Shown here: piece by piece, positions 21,401 through 33,951 of the stretch
How positions within the stretch are numbered: position 1 is the stretch's first letter
Layout of the letters: every line of letters begins with the position of its first letter
Source: Podarcis erhardii
Lineage: Eukaryota
NCBI GenBank assembly: GCA_964252035.1
Contig: OZ176211.1
Length of the DNA: 64,000 nucleotides
Direction: 5' to 3' (one strand)
The notes under the pieces: model-generated
What the model was told of the DNA's origin: nothing
What the model saw: only the letters and a program-made list of their open reading frames with translations
Database searches by the model: none
Program-made: the position numbers and the translations under genes

Positions 21401-23134
21401 ATGTCACATATGATCACGAGCGCCTTGTTTACTGTTTTAGATGTAGTTACATTTCAGGATTAATAAATGTTACTATGAGAAATCCATTTCTTTCCTTAAC
21501 TATTGAATATATTCCACAGGGAGGATGAGTTCAATGACCTCATGATATTATGCATCATATAATTCTTGTGCTGAGGAACAAAGCTATAATCATAATTAAT
21601 TAAGCATACTATTAAAAACGAGGACAGAATAACCCAAGAAATACTCTGTAATCAATAGAGTGTGTGGACTAACATACTCAAAGCCTAAAAATCCTAAGTG
21701 TAACATATTATAATCAAGATTTTTTTTAAAAAAAATGATAATGTAATTCTGTACCGCTTTGAACAATAGCTGGAATTACATGTCTGCTTTTAAGTGGAAC
21801 GAGTCCAAAATTTGGGATCTTTTTGCAGCAGATGAATATGATGTGCCTAGTGATTACTGTATGTAATTGCAAACATATTTATTATTAATAGTCTATGTTG
21901 GTGAACAGAATATAGTTAAAAATGAATGGAGGAAAAGATAAAACATGAGCTTATTACCTCCCTTCCCTCCCACATTTGTTGACAGTTTAAAATGCTTTCA
22001 GGGTGAAACTCTACATACTCTACCATTTGTTTGTGCTAATGTCCTACTGCGTACATGTAGTTATCCTGAATCTTGTAAAACTTTATATCTGGATAATAAA
22101 CAAGAATGCCACTGATTCACAGTGCTTTGAATTTATGGAACTTTTCCGGTTTCCCAGCAATGCAAACTATCAGCATGATAATTTATAATGGTTTGTGACA
22201 AATGCCGCTGAGCAAAGAGGTGTGTGGTTACATTCAGATCAGATGTCATCAGCTAGGGAGCAATAAAAATTTCACAGACACTAGGTTAAAAACATCAAGA
22301 AAATGAATGTGAAGTTTCAGAAGACAACGTTTTGGAAAGGTGGACGGGGTGAATGGAGAAAGCCAAATAGCGGTTTCCTTCCTAACAAATTATTGACTCT
22401 TATTTCCAGAGTTAACAGCATTTTTTTTTTTTTTACAGGAGTTGCAAAGGCATAATGTCACCGAAGTTTTCGTTACTCTAGTTTCAGTGGCCATAATTTA
22501 GATATGCAGAGAGCAATATCATCCTTGTTTGACAATTACTGAGTGTGCATGTTCTGTTGTCAGATCATTTCAAACAGAAAATTCACTTGGATTTGGAAAC
22601 ATTGAAAGTGTAGAAAGAAAGGCTTGATGGTTAATTGTTCTTTAAATTGGTTTTAACAGGGATTAGTTACATGGCTGAGATTAGAGCTGTACAAGGATTG
22701 TTATCAATTACAGTTCTTTAGTAGGGGAGAAAGCTATTACAAAATATGTTTGTTTACATAGAAGTAGATGGATTAAAAATCAAAAACAGATGCTACAGTT
22801 CTAACTATTAACAGGAAATCCACTCAGTGTATTTACCATCCTGCAGAAATATGGATAACATAATTCTGTTGTAAACCAGTATCCATAAAAGTCTGAATCC
22901 CATCAAGTAAGGAATTGGCTCTGGTCCTGGTATAGGTTTTTGAAGGGAGAAAGTTGTGTTGTACATTAGTAATTTCACTATCTTGTCAAACCCTCCAACA
23001 TGCTTCAGATGAAGATAGGGACATTTCTCATTCCCACCACCTCCACCAATTGACCCTCCTCAACCCCCCCCCATTTTTGTGCCCCCCTTGAGCATTTCTA
23101 CCACCACTACATCAATAGCACACAAGCTCTACAC

Positions 23135-23270
23135 CAGGCATAGGCAAACTCCAGCCCTCCAGGTGTCTGGGACTACAATTCCCATCATCCCTAGCTAACA
23201 GGACCAGTGGTCAGGGATGGTGGGAATTGTAGTCCCAAACATCTGGAGGGCCGGAGTTTGCCTATGCCTG
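23135..23270. mobile_element. Palindromic hAT-type MITE (136 bp)
   Basis: TIR CAGGCATAGGCAAACTCC; 58-bp inverted arms with 4 differences and a 20-nt spacer. Flanks CTCTACAC and (CA)GTCTACAC resemble an imperfect 8-bp TSD. Confidence 0.9.
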
Positions 23271-25289
23271 CAGTCTACACCATCTAAGAAAAACCCTTAA
23301 TCCCGGTTTTATTTTATACTTTTGTAGATTTACAAAAAGAAAAACACACATCAATAAGTCAGTTTTAGAAAGTTGCAAGATTAGACATGGATACACAAAG
23401 CTTTTTAAAAATAAAATAAAATTTAAAAAATCAAGACTTCTTGCACTCATCTCCACTCCCCCTTTCTTCCTACCCAGGGCAGCCCTGCCCTCTGCCTGCA
23501 CCTCAGAGCCAGTGTGTCACGCAAGGTTGGGCCTTGGTGGCAGCAGGAACCTCTCCTCCTTCTCACCTGCTCTCTGAACTTCCAAAGGGAGGAGGCCAGC
23601 AACAGTGGCCCTGGAAAGGAAATAGGATGTCCCCTCACAGCCGCCGCTTCAGCCACTGCCATCACTCAGGACAAGTGCTAACTCATCCTCCTGCCAAGCT
23701 CAGTGGCAGCGGTGTTGGTGCGGAAATGCAGACAAATCAGAAGCCAGGATGGCTTTCATAATTCCAGGACTGTCTCTGGAAAACAGGAACACTTGGAGGG
23801 TACAGTGTATTCACCAATTAAAGGCCAGATCCCTTGCCAAACTGCTATTGAAGAATATGGGTTAAGAGGATCCATGTAGAGTTCGGCATATGGTGAGCCA
23901 GGACACTCTTAGTAGTGTTGTTCCCAAAGTTCCCCATATGTTCACTAAGACCTTTGGTGTAGCATCACTTTCCTTTTGGAATGTGATTCCAATATTGACA
24001 TTTAGGCACCTACTTTAAACTCAGCTGTTCATGCTGGCTTACCCTGAGAGGTGATTCAGCGATGTAGATATATTAATCTGATCTGTGATGTATTTTGTAC
24101 TTACTTTATGTATGCAGTTTCTTTATTGATTTTTATGCTGTTCGCCGCCATGCTATATATATATTTCTTAATGTTGGGTTTATAGAAGCTTTTGCAAATA
24201 GGAACTGTGAATTCTTCCCTGGCTCATTTAAAAAAAACACAACCTGAGACAGAGAATAATTTCTCTGTCTTGCCCTCTTTATCAGTGATCTGTTTAGTTC
24301 CCTGAAGCTTGTATCCAAGCCAGAGTTTGGAGAATTTTATTGGAACCTCTTCTTGCAGCAGACAGCTGCCCCATTCACAACAGCAGACTTGAGCCTTCTA
24401 AGACCCTCTAAGGAATAACCCTGTAAGAACCTTGTTCCCCGTGGCCCTGACAAAACTGCTAGGGCAGAGAGCGTAAATATCAGATATGCTTGAGTTCCAC
24501 CACCTCTCATTTTACAAATTAAATCCGGGCTGTACATTTAACTATATACAGCACATTGCTGGAATGTGCCCAACTCATCAGGCAATCTGCTTTGTGCAGC
24601 CTAGCTGCTCTGTCCTTACCATTTACTTACCACTACTCTAATTTATAAGTCATACACAAAATGTAATTAATGCCAGTCAACCTTACTTTTTAAAAATTAA
24701 AAAACGGGTCCTGTCAAACAAACCCGATTTCATGATTTGATGAGATTAAAGTTGGGCTGTTGATAGTAACAGAGTTCATGTAACATCTTTTTTGCTTGTC
24801 CACAATAATATATATGGTATGTTGCTATTGTTTAGTACTTTAAAGTTTTTTGCTTTTTTAAAAGTCCCACCATCTGCTGTTGAAGGCAGTTTCAAAGCTG
24901 CTATGCTTTGATGCTGTTGTGGAATGGAATAGAACTCCATAAAGTCATATTTCGTGTGAATCTCATTCTAAATAGGATTATCATAATAGAATTGTAGACG
25001 GCCATCTGGTCTAACCCCCTGCAATGCAGGAATCTCAGCTAAAACATTATTATCATGACTATATGAATATGCTTGGATTTATTTTGTTTTGCTGCTGTTA
25101 TGATTATCTTTCAAAAATTCATGGTCCTCAACAAATTGTATTCCCTTTTGCAAGTGCAGAGCCTGCTGTCTCATTCGGTGACTGAAAGCAGATTACATCT
25201 TCTATGTTCTGGAAGGACAAAGTTCCAGAGGATTTAGCCTCAAATACCCTCCATCTGTATAGACCTGCCCAAATGTTAAGCTGGAGAGA

Positions 25290-25630
25290 TCCTGCTCTTG
25301 GTGCTGCCAAGGGTTAATGGCACATGCAAAAGCCTTCTTTGCGATGGCCCCTTGGTTATGGAACTCCCTCCCCTTGGAGCTGCATCTGCCATTAAACTCT
25401 TTTCATTGGTTAGTCAAGACACAACAACTTTGGTTGGCCCTTTGGTTGGCCCTCACGGCCCTTCACTTCAATCATATCTTGCCCTCTTTGAAAAAAGTTT
25501 GGACACTACTTCTTCATTGTTGCAATCTTAGTGTTTTAATTATGGTTTCAAATGATGCTTTCATGTTGTTTAATATGTCTTATTGAATGTAGCATCCCAC
25601 CCTGCTACCTTTCAGTGAAGAGCAAGTAAC
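25290..25630 (+). mobile_element. L2 LINE 3' fragment
   Basis: Encodes KAFFAMAPWLWNSLPLEL (L2 motif RAFS.AAP.LWNSLP), followed by a T-rich 3' UTR. Confidence 0.55.
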
Positions 25631-27311
25631 AAATTCAGATAAATATGCTGACAAAATACCACCTTAGTAAGACTTTCAACCTAGACCCTACTTTATGTCC
25701 TCATTGATCCTTGAAATACATCCGGTTGGAACCAGGGTCTTTTCAGACGCTTTGCAATAGTTAGAACAAAGAAGAGCTTCCGGGCTTAAAAGTATGTTTT
25801 TTTAGGCAAACAGACACCTCTCATTTGAGAGATAAAGTACTCCCTAGAACTTTGGTAATTTAAGACTTAAACCTATTGTACCTGGTGCCCTTTAGAAGTT
25901 TTGGACAACAACTACCATCGAACTCAGTCAGCATGGCCTGTGGTCAAGGAGGATAGGAGTTGTAGTTCAGCAACATCTGAAGGACCACAGGCTTTCTATG
26001 CCTGGTCTCATACTTTAGCAAGTGTGCACACTGAGTTGTCTTGTACAATAATACCTCATGAAACCCTCAAATGAATAAGGGATGTGGATCAGGGCTTGCT
26101 GCCACGATCTTGCTTCTTTGCACATGCACTTCTTCACTTACCCAACATTTAACATCTATTTAAGGGCTTATTTCTCCCTCTTACCCTGAAATATTACGGT
26201 GAAAGATTAATAGCCCATAAGGTATTCAGATAACAGGAGACTCTAGTGGATCATTAAAAAGACTATAGAAGTATTTGCCCTTGTTTTATAGGGCAAATAC
26301 TTGTCTGCTTGCCTTCTAAAGACAAGAGGTTCTAAAGATAGTTCAGGGTAATTTTCATATGGCTCTGAGTGTAAAAGAGAGTTGAATGATGTTGGGAATT
26401 ATATTGTGCTCCTGATTACTGCCTTTAATAAGCACTCTTTTGTTGCTCATCCAAGCTTTTAGCCGCTGTGAAAAGCCTCCATTGTCAAACTATTTAAGTG
26501 GCTTTTTGCTGAGTAGCCTTGTCTACACTGAACTTCTGCAAGGAAAAAAAATTACAGCCAACTACTGTCCCTGAATGCCTCCTACTTGAGCAGGTATTTT
26601 CTTTCGTTTGTTTTAGATGAATGAGCCAAGGAACATTTTAATATGGCGGTAGTAGTGCATTTAATAACTCCCCGACCACTTAAACTGGCATACTCACATC
26701 ATCTGATTGATTTCAGCAGAGCCTAAACACAACTGTGCTGGCTGTAAGAGGGATCTGCACTTGTTTGTAACTGTTGCTTCTTTTTCACAAGTATGTTGCT
26801 TATATTAGTACATTTGCCTGTAATCAATGGAGCTGCAGGAAAGGTTGGTGTTAAATTGGTATAAGAAGAATACTTTCAATCAAAAAAGTTGATGTTTATA
26901 ATATAGACCACACAAGGCCTGGTGTGAACAAGGATGTCAATAACACTTTTTAAAAGGCAGAACAAAAGGTCAGGGTCTCTTTCCAAACTGAAATATATAG
27001 TAATTGGAATCCTTCCTTTCATATTATTGTGCTTCTTGGTGTTGATTTAATTTAAACAACCTTTTCCTCCACATGTTAAAAAAAAGAGGTTTGTTTGCTT
27101 AAAATGTTAACTTGTTGCAGTCTATGCCTGCTGATGATTACATGGAATCAGTCTGCATGGTACTGGTTGATAAACAGAATTAATCTGTTATTTGATGTTG
27201 TTAATAGTCTTTAAATACAATATGCTTTGCAATATTCTCTATTTTTATGTCTCTGTGTGTAAGTATTATATAATAATATGCACAAACACTTACAAACAGG
27301 AGTTTCTATTG

Positions 27312-27312
27312 T

Positions 27313-27350
<38 letters not shown>
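27312..27350. repeat. (AC)n(AT)n microsatellite
   Basis: Read directly. Other microsatellites: (TTG)n ~35205-35230 and ~40980-41010, (TAT)n ~52503-52533, (TTCC)n ~57893-57930. Confidence 0.95.
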
Positions 27351-29102
27351 CAGTTTCTTCAGGAGTTCCAGAAGTAAATCTAGCAATTAAGCTATAATAG
27401 CCATCTTAAGGCTGATAATTAGGTATAAGAAAGAACATGAGAGAGGATTAGTGTTCAGATCATGTTCCAAATGTTTCTTAATTGGCTGTTTGTAATCAAT
27501 CCTGATTGCAGGAGGCTGTGATTTGGCAGACAAAAAGAATTTAAAAAGTTTTTAATACTATTTTCCCCTTTAGTTGACTTGGATGTAGTATTTAGGTCAG
27601 GATCCAGGGGGTATGATTTCAAACCAAATGTATTTGCCAGCTATGGGAATGGTTCAAAAGAACATGAAAAGTTCCTCTAAAGCTATTTATTTGAGATTTA
27701 AATATCGTATTCCTCAGAGCTTACTCAAACGAGTGAGCTGAACTCAGGCAAAGTCTTACAAAATGTTTTGAAATTCAAAGTCTCAAGGTGATTTTTGTCT
27801 GCCATTGGCTTATGGTTTCATTAAAGTCCCATCGGTAGCTCTTGGTTATATTCACAGTAATGGTGAGTTCTTAACATTAAATAAGAAAACAATTATTCAA
27901 ACAGAAATGCCAAATGCCTTCCTGCTACCATTAGGAACAAGAAATATCTGGTCACAGGGTTAACGAGATCTATGGACCGATCTTGGGAATGGATTCTCCA
28001 TCTCTGTGGCAAATTGCCCAACCTCCTTGGTGTATTTTCTATTAGAACCTACAATCTAAGTTGGATGCCAGGATCATCATGCAGTGAGTTTCTCATCCGC
28101 CAAAAACATGGATTTGTCCCTGTAGCAGACAGTTCAGTTTAGGGAAGCTTGCATTCTCTGCAACCAGAACTCTCCTATATATTCCCTTAAAAGGATCTTT
28201 CAGGATATCCTATCCTTAACAGAGTCCTTCAAGTGATGCTTGGTATCATCTAGAAAGTTTGTTCCATTGCTGGAACAAGTTGTGAAGATTTTCCTAATTT
28301 ATGCATTGCACCCCTGCCTATTACTCGCACTGTTTTGCCACTTCTTTGCACACAGCTGTATCCACCTACAACACTAAACACCACCTTTCATGACACTGAA
28401 ATGGCAAAGAAGTTGTTACTTCTAAGCTCAGGTATGAGTTGGGAATTATGTACTGTATTGCAAAAGCTTTACAAAGGCAATTCTTTAGCTAAAAGCTCTC
28501 TTTCCCAATTCAAATCTATCTCCATTAAAAAAAAAATTAAGGAAGAGGCTTTTCTCAACAGGTACATCTTCCAGTTGCTGAGTGTTTTTTGACATTCCCA
28601 CAAAACCCTTGGGAACTTTGTGTCACAATCCTACAAACTTTTATCAGTGTGTATATTCATATCTGGGCTCAAATCCAGAATGTCTGTACATAGATTTATA
28701 ATAGACAATGCAAGCTATTCTATTACAAAACAGGCTGCCAAATACTATAAGTCAAAGCGCTTTTCTAACTTCTCTTAAATATTTCCTAGAGACAAAATGC
28801 AAAAGTGAAAGTCTTAACACTGCATTGTGGTTGGAGATGAGCAGCTGCACATTATGCCATACACAGAGAGAGAGATCCCAGTGCATTTGCTGATGAAGCC
28901 AAACGGTAGTTTAGAGGCTTGTTACACCAGCAAATAAGCAGCGACCACAACAAGGGCATAAACGCTCATCTAAACATCACCACAGAATCAAGACAGGGAA
29001 CAATCTGTCACCCCTTCCACCTCTGCCAATTGCTCTTTCCCTTTTATTCCAATTTTAAGTTCAGTTCACCCCATATCTGTACCAGGTTCCAAACTCTTTT
29101 AC

Positions 29103-29323
29103 GTACCTCGGGTTTCATACGCTTCAGGTTACAGACTCTACTAACCCAGAAATATTACCTTGGGTTAAGAACTTTGCTTCAGGATGAGAACAGAAATCGT
29201 GCTCTGGCGGCGCGGCAACAGCAGGAGGCCCTATTAGCTAAAGTGGTGCTTCAGGTTAAGAACAGTTTCAGGTTAAGAACGGACCTCCGGAACGAATTAA
29301 GTACTTAACCCGAGGTACCACTG
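29103..29323. mobile_element. Tigger-like MITE with eroded left TIR
   Basis: Internal sequence matches 5011-5236; right TIR CGAGGTACCACTG followed by TA. Confidence 0.8.
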
Positions 29324-30891
29324 TATTTTATTTTAAGAAACTCTCCATCAAAATTCATATGCCTATTTGTGTGCATTTATCCTAATATATGCATTTTTGC
29401 AAGAAGTTCTCTGTAATACGCTTCAGGTTTTGCGCATTTCCATCCCTTTTTGTGCACACTTTCCCCCAGTACGTATATGTTTTTTGGCTGAATAACTAGA
29501 AAATTGAGAGTAGCATGAATTTTGAAGGACAGCTGCCTTTTTATTCATCTATTCATTGGGTTCTCTATCCCTAGTCTAGAGCAGGGCAGGTAAGGTCAGA
29601 TGGCTGTTTCTCTTCAGGGTGGTGGCATAAGCAATGCAAGCTGGTGAAAAGACACCATCCTTGGATGGTTATTCATCAGCCACTCCTTCTGGTTCTCAAA
29701 AGGCTGCTTCCTTGCTTGCGCAGAGGGAAAACTTGCCCACCAGTCATTCTCTCTGCAGACCCCACAATGGGGCATGTCTCTTGTTGCCCCCTTCTGCCAA
29801 CGTAGGGCATTTTTAAAGGACGGCAGCTGTTCTCCACCTTCTGGACAACAACAACAAAAAACCCTTTTATCTTTGTTAATGCAGAGGGAACCAATCATTT
29901 GGAATGTGTACTGATTTAAAAAAGATGAGGGGGGAAAGTTATCTAAACTAACAAAGCAAAACAAAAGAAATGAAGTGGTAATTCTATCCATAGGAGACAT
30001 GTTACTGCTTAAGAGAAGAGCGTATAAAAGGCTCGGTTCTAACTGAAAACGGAGCAGCAAATGCCACCCATTTGCAAGTAATTTCAAGTACAGTGCTTAT
30101 TGTCTTTATGGAACTAGTCCGTTCTGCATTAGCAGGGTTCCCCCAGAGAGCTGTGAACCTAACAGCAATGACACAGTAATGGTTGTGTTCTCATGTGAGG
30201 AGGGGACTGGGATCACTTTAAAGGCATCTTGGGCAGTTTGAACTTGTAGACCCATTACTTCCCCCCCCCCAAAGGTTGCTCCTGGTTGGAAGTATCTGGC
30301 ACATAGCTTCTTTTCCACTGTGCGGTTTCTTTTGTTTTAATGACATGTCTGGTTTTGCTTTGGTGTGGATTTGCTTGTGTGTGTTAAGAGTTTTATTTAT
30401 TTATTTTGCTAAGCGAGCAACTTTGGCGCACCCTCTAGTATCGTTTTTTTTTCTTTTTGCAGGGAGGAGGGGTGCTTCTCAGAGCAGTTGTAAAAGGTGT
30501 CATATGTAGGTTTCACCCTTGCCTGTGTAAATGTTTTGTTTGTTTTTAAAAAAAACACCCTTCTTTCCCCTGCATTTTAACGCCTCTTTAAACTGACCCA
30601 AAGGATTCTAGTCAAAGTAAATGCCAGTGAAGAAAATGAGAAAACAAGAAAAGTAGGAGCAGCTATCTGAAAGCAGTTCTGCTGTTGTGTTTGAGGCTGA
30701 TGAGGACTAGGAGATAAATACATTGGATGAAATTCGGAGTATATGGCTAGTGATAATTATGTAAAGATAATTGTGGAATGGGTTGTATAGGTTTATCTGA
30801 GGTGGGGCAGCTTATGGGAAGAATGACCCAACTTCAATGAGAAAAGGAGTTTAATAAGATTCTGGATAGAGTTGTGATATTATGTCCCATA

Positions 30892-31239
30892 AAGTAAAGT
30901 ACCCCTGACCATTATGTCCAGTCGTGACTGACTCTGGGGTTGCGGTGCTCATCTTGCTTTATTGGCTGAGGGAGCCAGCATACAGCTTCCGGGTCATGTG
31001 GCCAGCATGACTAAGCTGCTTCTGGCGAACCAGAGCAGCGCATGGAAACGCCGTTTAGCTTCCCGCCAGAGTGGTACCTATTTATCTACTTGCACTTTGA
31101 TGTGCTTTCGAACTGCTAGGTTGGCAGGAGCAAAGACCGAGCAACGGGAGCTCACCCCATTGTGGGGATTCGAACCGCCGACCTTCTGATCGGCAAGTCC
31201 TAGGCTCTGTGGTTTAACCCACAGCGCCACCCGCGTCCC
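30892..31239 (-). mobile_element. Sauria SINE, full length
   Basis: Reverse complement starts GGGACGCGGGTGGCGCTGTGGGTTAAACC with intact B-box GGTTCGAATCC. 13-bp TSD with 1 mismatch: ATTATGTCCCATA (30879-30891) and ATTTTGTCCCATA (31240-31252). Confidence 0.95.
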
Positions 31240-31639
31240 ATTTTGTCCCATAGTCAGTGCCTATGCATAAGATGTGGCAAAGAGACATTTTACCTGGGCC
31301 TCTGAAGATCAAGGGACACCTGGCCTGGGCTGCGAGCCAGTTACCAGGAAGACACATTGTAGACTAGATTGTATGTCATGCTTGAGGGTATTTATGCAAA
31401 TTTACTTCCTTGTATCTTTGTGACTATCTTATAAGATCTTGTGAGATTTGTGGGAACAAATTAAATGTGAAAAGTTTGCACATTGAGACAAAAAGTCCTA
31501 ACCACATACACCTCATATGCACTGATTGTATTAATGAATTGGGTGTTAGCCACGCCACCCCTAATTTGAAGTAGGGAGGTGAGTAAGAGGGAAGAAATAA
31601 TAAAGATATTTAAAATTTATCCATAGTGTGAAGGAAAAA

Positions 31640-32010
31640 ATACCAGGCGCTAGGGTCACGCAATGAAGATGAATGTTAGGAGAAGGCAGGTAAGGGGAAG
31701 TGCTCCTTAACTGTGGAATGAATTACTGCAATATGTGATTATAACCACCAGTTTAACTTTAAAAATGAGATTAGATTAAGAAATCTGTCAATGGCAACTA
31801 GTCATGGTGGCTGTGTAGCATCCTGATCATTTCAGGATCAGAAATGACATCCCTCTTTGATGCTGGTTACTAGGAAGCAGTGGTGGGAAGGAGCTGTTGT
31901 GCTTATGCCCTGCCTGGTTGAGTTTCCCATGGGCATCTGTTTGCCCATTGTGGGAAAAAGGATGCTGTGCTAGATAAGCCTTTGGTCTCATGCAACAGGG
32001 CTGCTACTGT
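31640..32010 (+). mobile_element. CR1 LINE 3' end, degenerate
   Basis: CTGTGGAAT...TTTAAAAATGAGATTAGAT, then tail GGGCATCTGTTTGCCCATTGTGGGAAAAAGGATGCTG...CTAGAT, shared with 61380-61522. Confidence 0.55.
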
Positions 32011-32306
32011 GGCTTCATGTAGCTTTGGAAAGGTAGAAAATAAATTTAGTCTTCTTAAAAAATAATCGGTAGGAGAGCTGTCTGGAGCAAGATAGACACT
32101 CAAACCCTGTTGAAAACCAAGTTATAAGTGTGCGCTGGAATGTTTAAATCCCATTTATTTTGACAGGTTGAGCTTCTCACTGGTGTGAGTGCAGAAAAAC
32201 TCCCTTCTATGTCACTATTAAAGGCACTAGAGTCAGTCCCTGTGTGATGAGTAGCTGCCCGATTGTACCTTTAAATGTTCAGATACATGTAACAAAACTG
32301 TTATAA

Positions 32307-32538
32307 CAGTCGTACCTTGGTTCGCAAATACCTTGCGACTCAAACGTTTTGGCTCCCGAACGCCGCAAACTCTGAAGTGAGTGTTCCGGTTTGCAAACGT
32401 TATTTGGAACCCGAACGTCCAACGTGGCTTTGGATTGAGTGCAGGAAGCTCCTGCAAGCAACTGGAAGCCGCACCTTGGTTTTTGGAAGTCGAACAGACT
32501 TCCAGAACAGATTCCATTTGACAACCAAGGTACGACTG
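32307..32538. mobile_element. Tigger-like MITE, second family
   Basis: Perfect 16-bp TIRs CAGTCGTACCTTGGTT (32307-32322) and AACCAAGGTACGACTG (32523-32538), TA on the right, CpGs retained. Confidence 0.9.
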
Positions 32539-33264
32539 TATTTCTATTCTTCTTTAAATACGACAAGCTTTTTCAGATAAGGCATGCTATGTAGTTATGA
32601 TGCTCTCCTTATAGTAGTGTTAAACTTGCATGGGGATACTGGTTCAATGCTTTCCAAAGGCTCAAGGAAAAAGGTCTCTGCTCAGTCTCTTCCTAAGAGA
32701 TCGCAGTTTATTCCCTGTTCCCCGATGTGGCCATAAATGCAAGCATTGTCAGCCTAATCCTGAACACAATACATGAAATGCTTTGCATGTGTGAGTTGTC
32801 TGTATTAGTGCCTGGGTGGGCTCCTATAGGGGGGAGATTATGGAATGTTCCTCCTGCAAAGCTCTGAGGATGTGGGATCCCAGATTCTTCTTATGGTTTA
32901 GCTGGAAGAAGAGAGACAACCTCCCCCCCCCTTTCTATTGCAAATAATTGGGAAGCTATGAATCAGCCTGTTGTTTTTACTTAAGTAGGGTACAGGAAAG
33001 AACTTTATAAAATTAGGGTTCTGTCTTTCTGTCAGGCAGCTGTAATTTTTTACCATATGGCATCTCATGATCTGAATTCTTTTTAAATGTCAGAGAAAAT
33101 TACTCTTCTTTGTAAAGGACCTATAAAGGATTTTTTTGGTTTTGTACTACATTAATTTTTGTCAGTGACTTCTGTGTTGCACTGAAAGGGACTCTGAAAG
33201 AAGGAGAAATTGTGATGATGACGCAGCTATCTTCTATATCCTTCATTCTCCAGTTTGCTGCTTG

Positions 33265-33460
33265 TTAGCAGGAGTATAGGCAGCTCACTTACAATGAGCC
33301 AGACCACTGGTCAGTCTAGCTCAGTGCTGCCTAAACTCAGTAGCAGCAGCTCTCCAGGATTAGGCAGGGACCTCTCACAGCCCTACCTGGAGATGCCAAG
33401 GGTTGGGTATGGGACCCCCTGCATGCAAAACAGATGCTCTACCACTAATCTACAGTTCTT
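33265..33460 (-). mobile_element. tRNA-derived SINE with CR1-like tail (Squam2-like)
   Basis: Reverse complement has tRNA-like head TAGTGGTAGAGCATCTGTTTTGCATGCAG and tail GAGCTAGACTGACCAGTGGTCTGGCTC. Related decayed copies at ~51820-51925, ~58625-58840 and ~62131-62320. Confidence 0.7.
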
Positions 33461-33570
33461 CCTTTTTTCTATAAAAAGAATGTTTGAATTTAGTCTTCTA
33501 GTATATTCATATTGATGAAGAAATACTTTCACACCTGTTAGTAGACATACATTGCCACTATATGTTCTGA

Positions 33571-33951
33571 GTGATGCGGGTAGCGCTGTGGTCTAAACCA
33601 CTGAGCCTCTTGGGCTTGCCGATCAGAAGGTCGGCAGTTCAAATCCCCGCAACGGGGTGAACTCCCGTTGCTCTATCCCAGCTTTCCAACCTAGCAGTTC
33701 AAAAGCACACCAGTAGATAAATAGGTACAGCTGCAGTGGAAAGGTAAACAGTGTTTCTGTGCGCTCTGGTTTCCGTCACAGTGTTCCGTTGCGCCAGAAG
33801 CAGTTTAGTCATGCTGGCCACATGACCTGGAAAGCTGCCTGTGGTCAAATGCCAACTTCCTTGGCCTGAAAGCGAGATGAGCGCCGCACCCCATAGTTGC
33901 CTTTGACTGGACCTAACTGTCCAGGGGTCCTTTACCTTTATCTTTTTACCT
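33571..33951 (+). mobile_element. Sauria SINE, different subfamily
   Basis: Head GATGCGGGTAGCGCTGTGGTCTAAACCACTGAGCC, B-box, central TCCGTCACAGTGTTCCGTTGC insert absent from the 1923 copy, and (ACCTTT)-like tail. Confidence 0.9.

Noticed and set aside
28888-28925. CTGATGA as a second hammerhead core
   Set aside because: No stem II closed by GAAA and no cleavage triplet in register.
33265-33460. tRNA-like sequences here and at other SINE heads
   Set aside because: They continue into SINE bodies and tails and lack a complete cloverleaf, so they are not tRNA genes.
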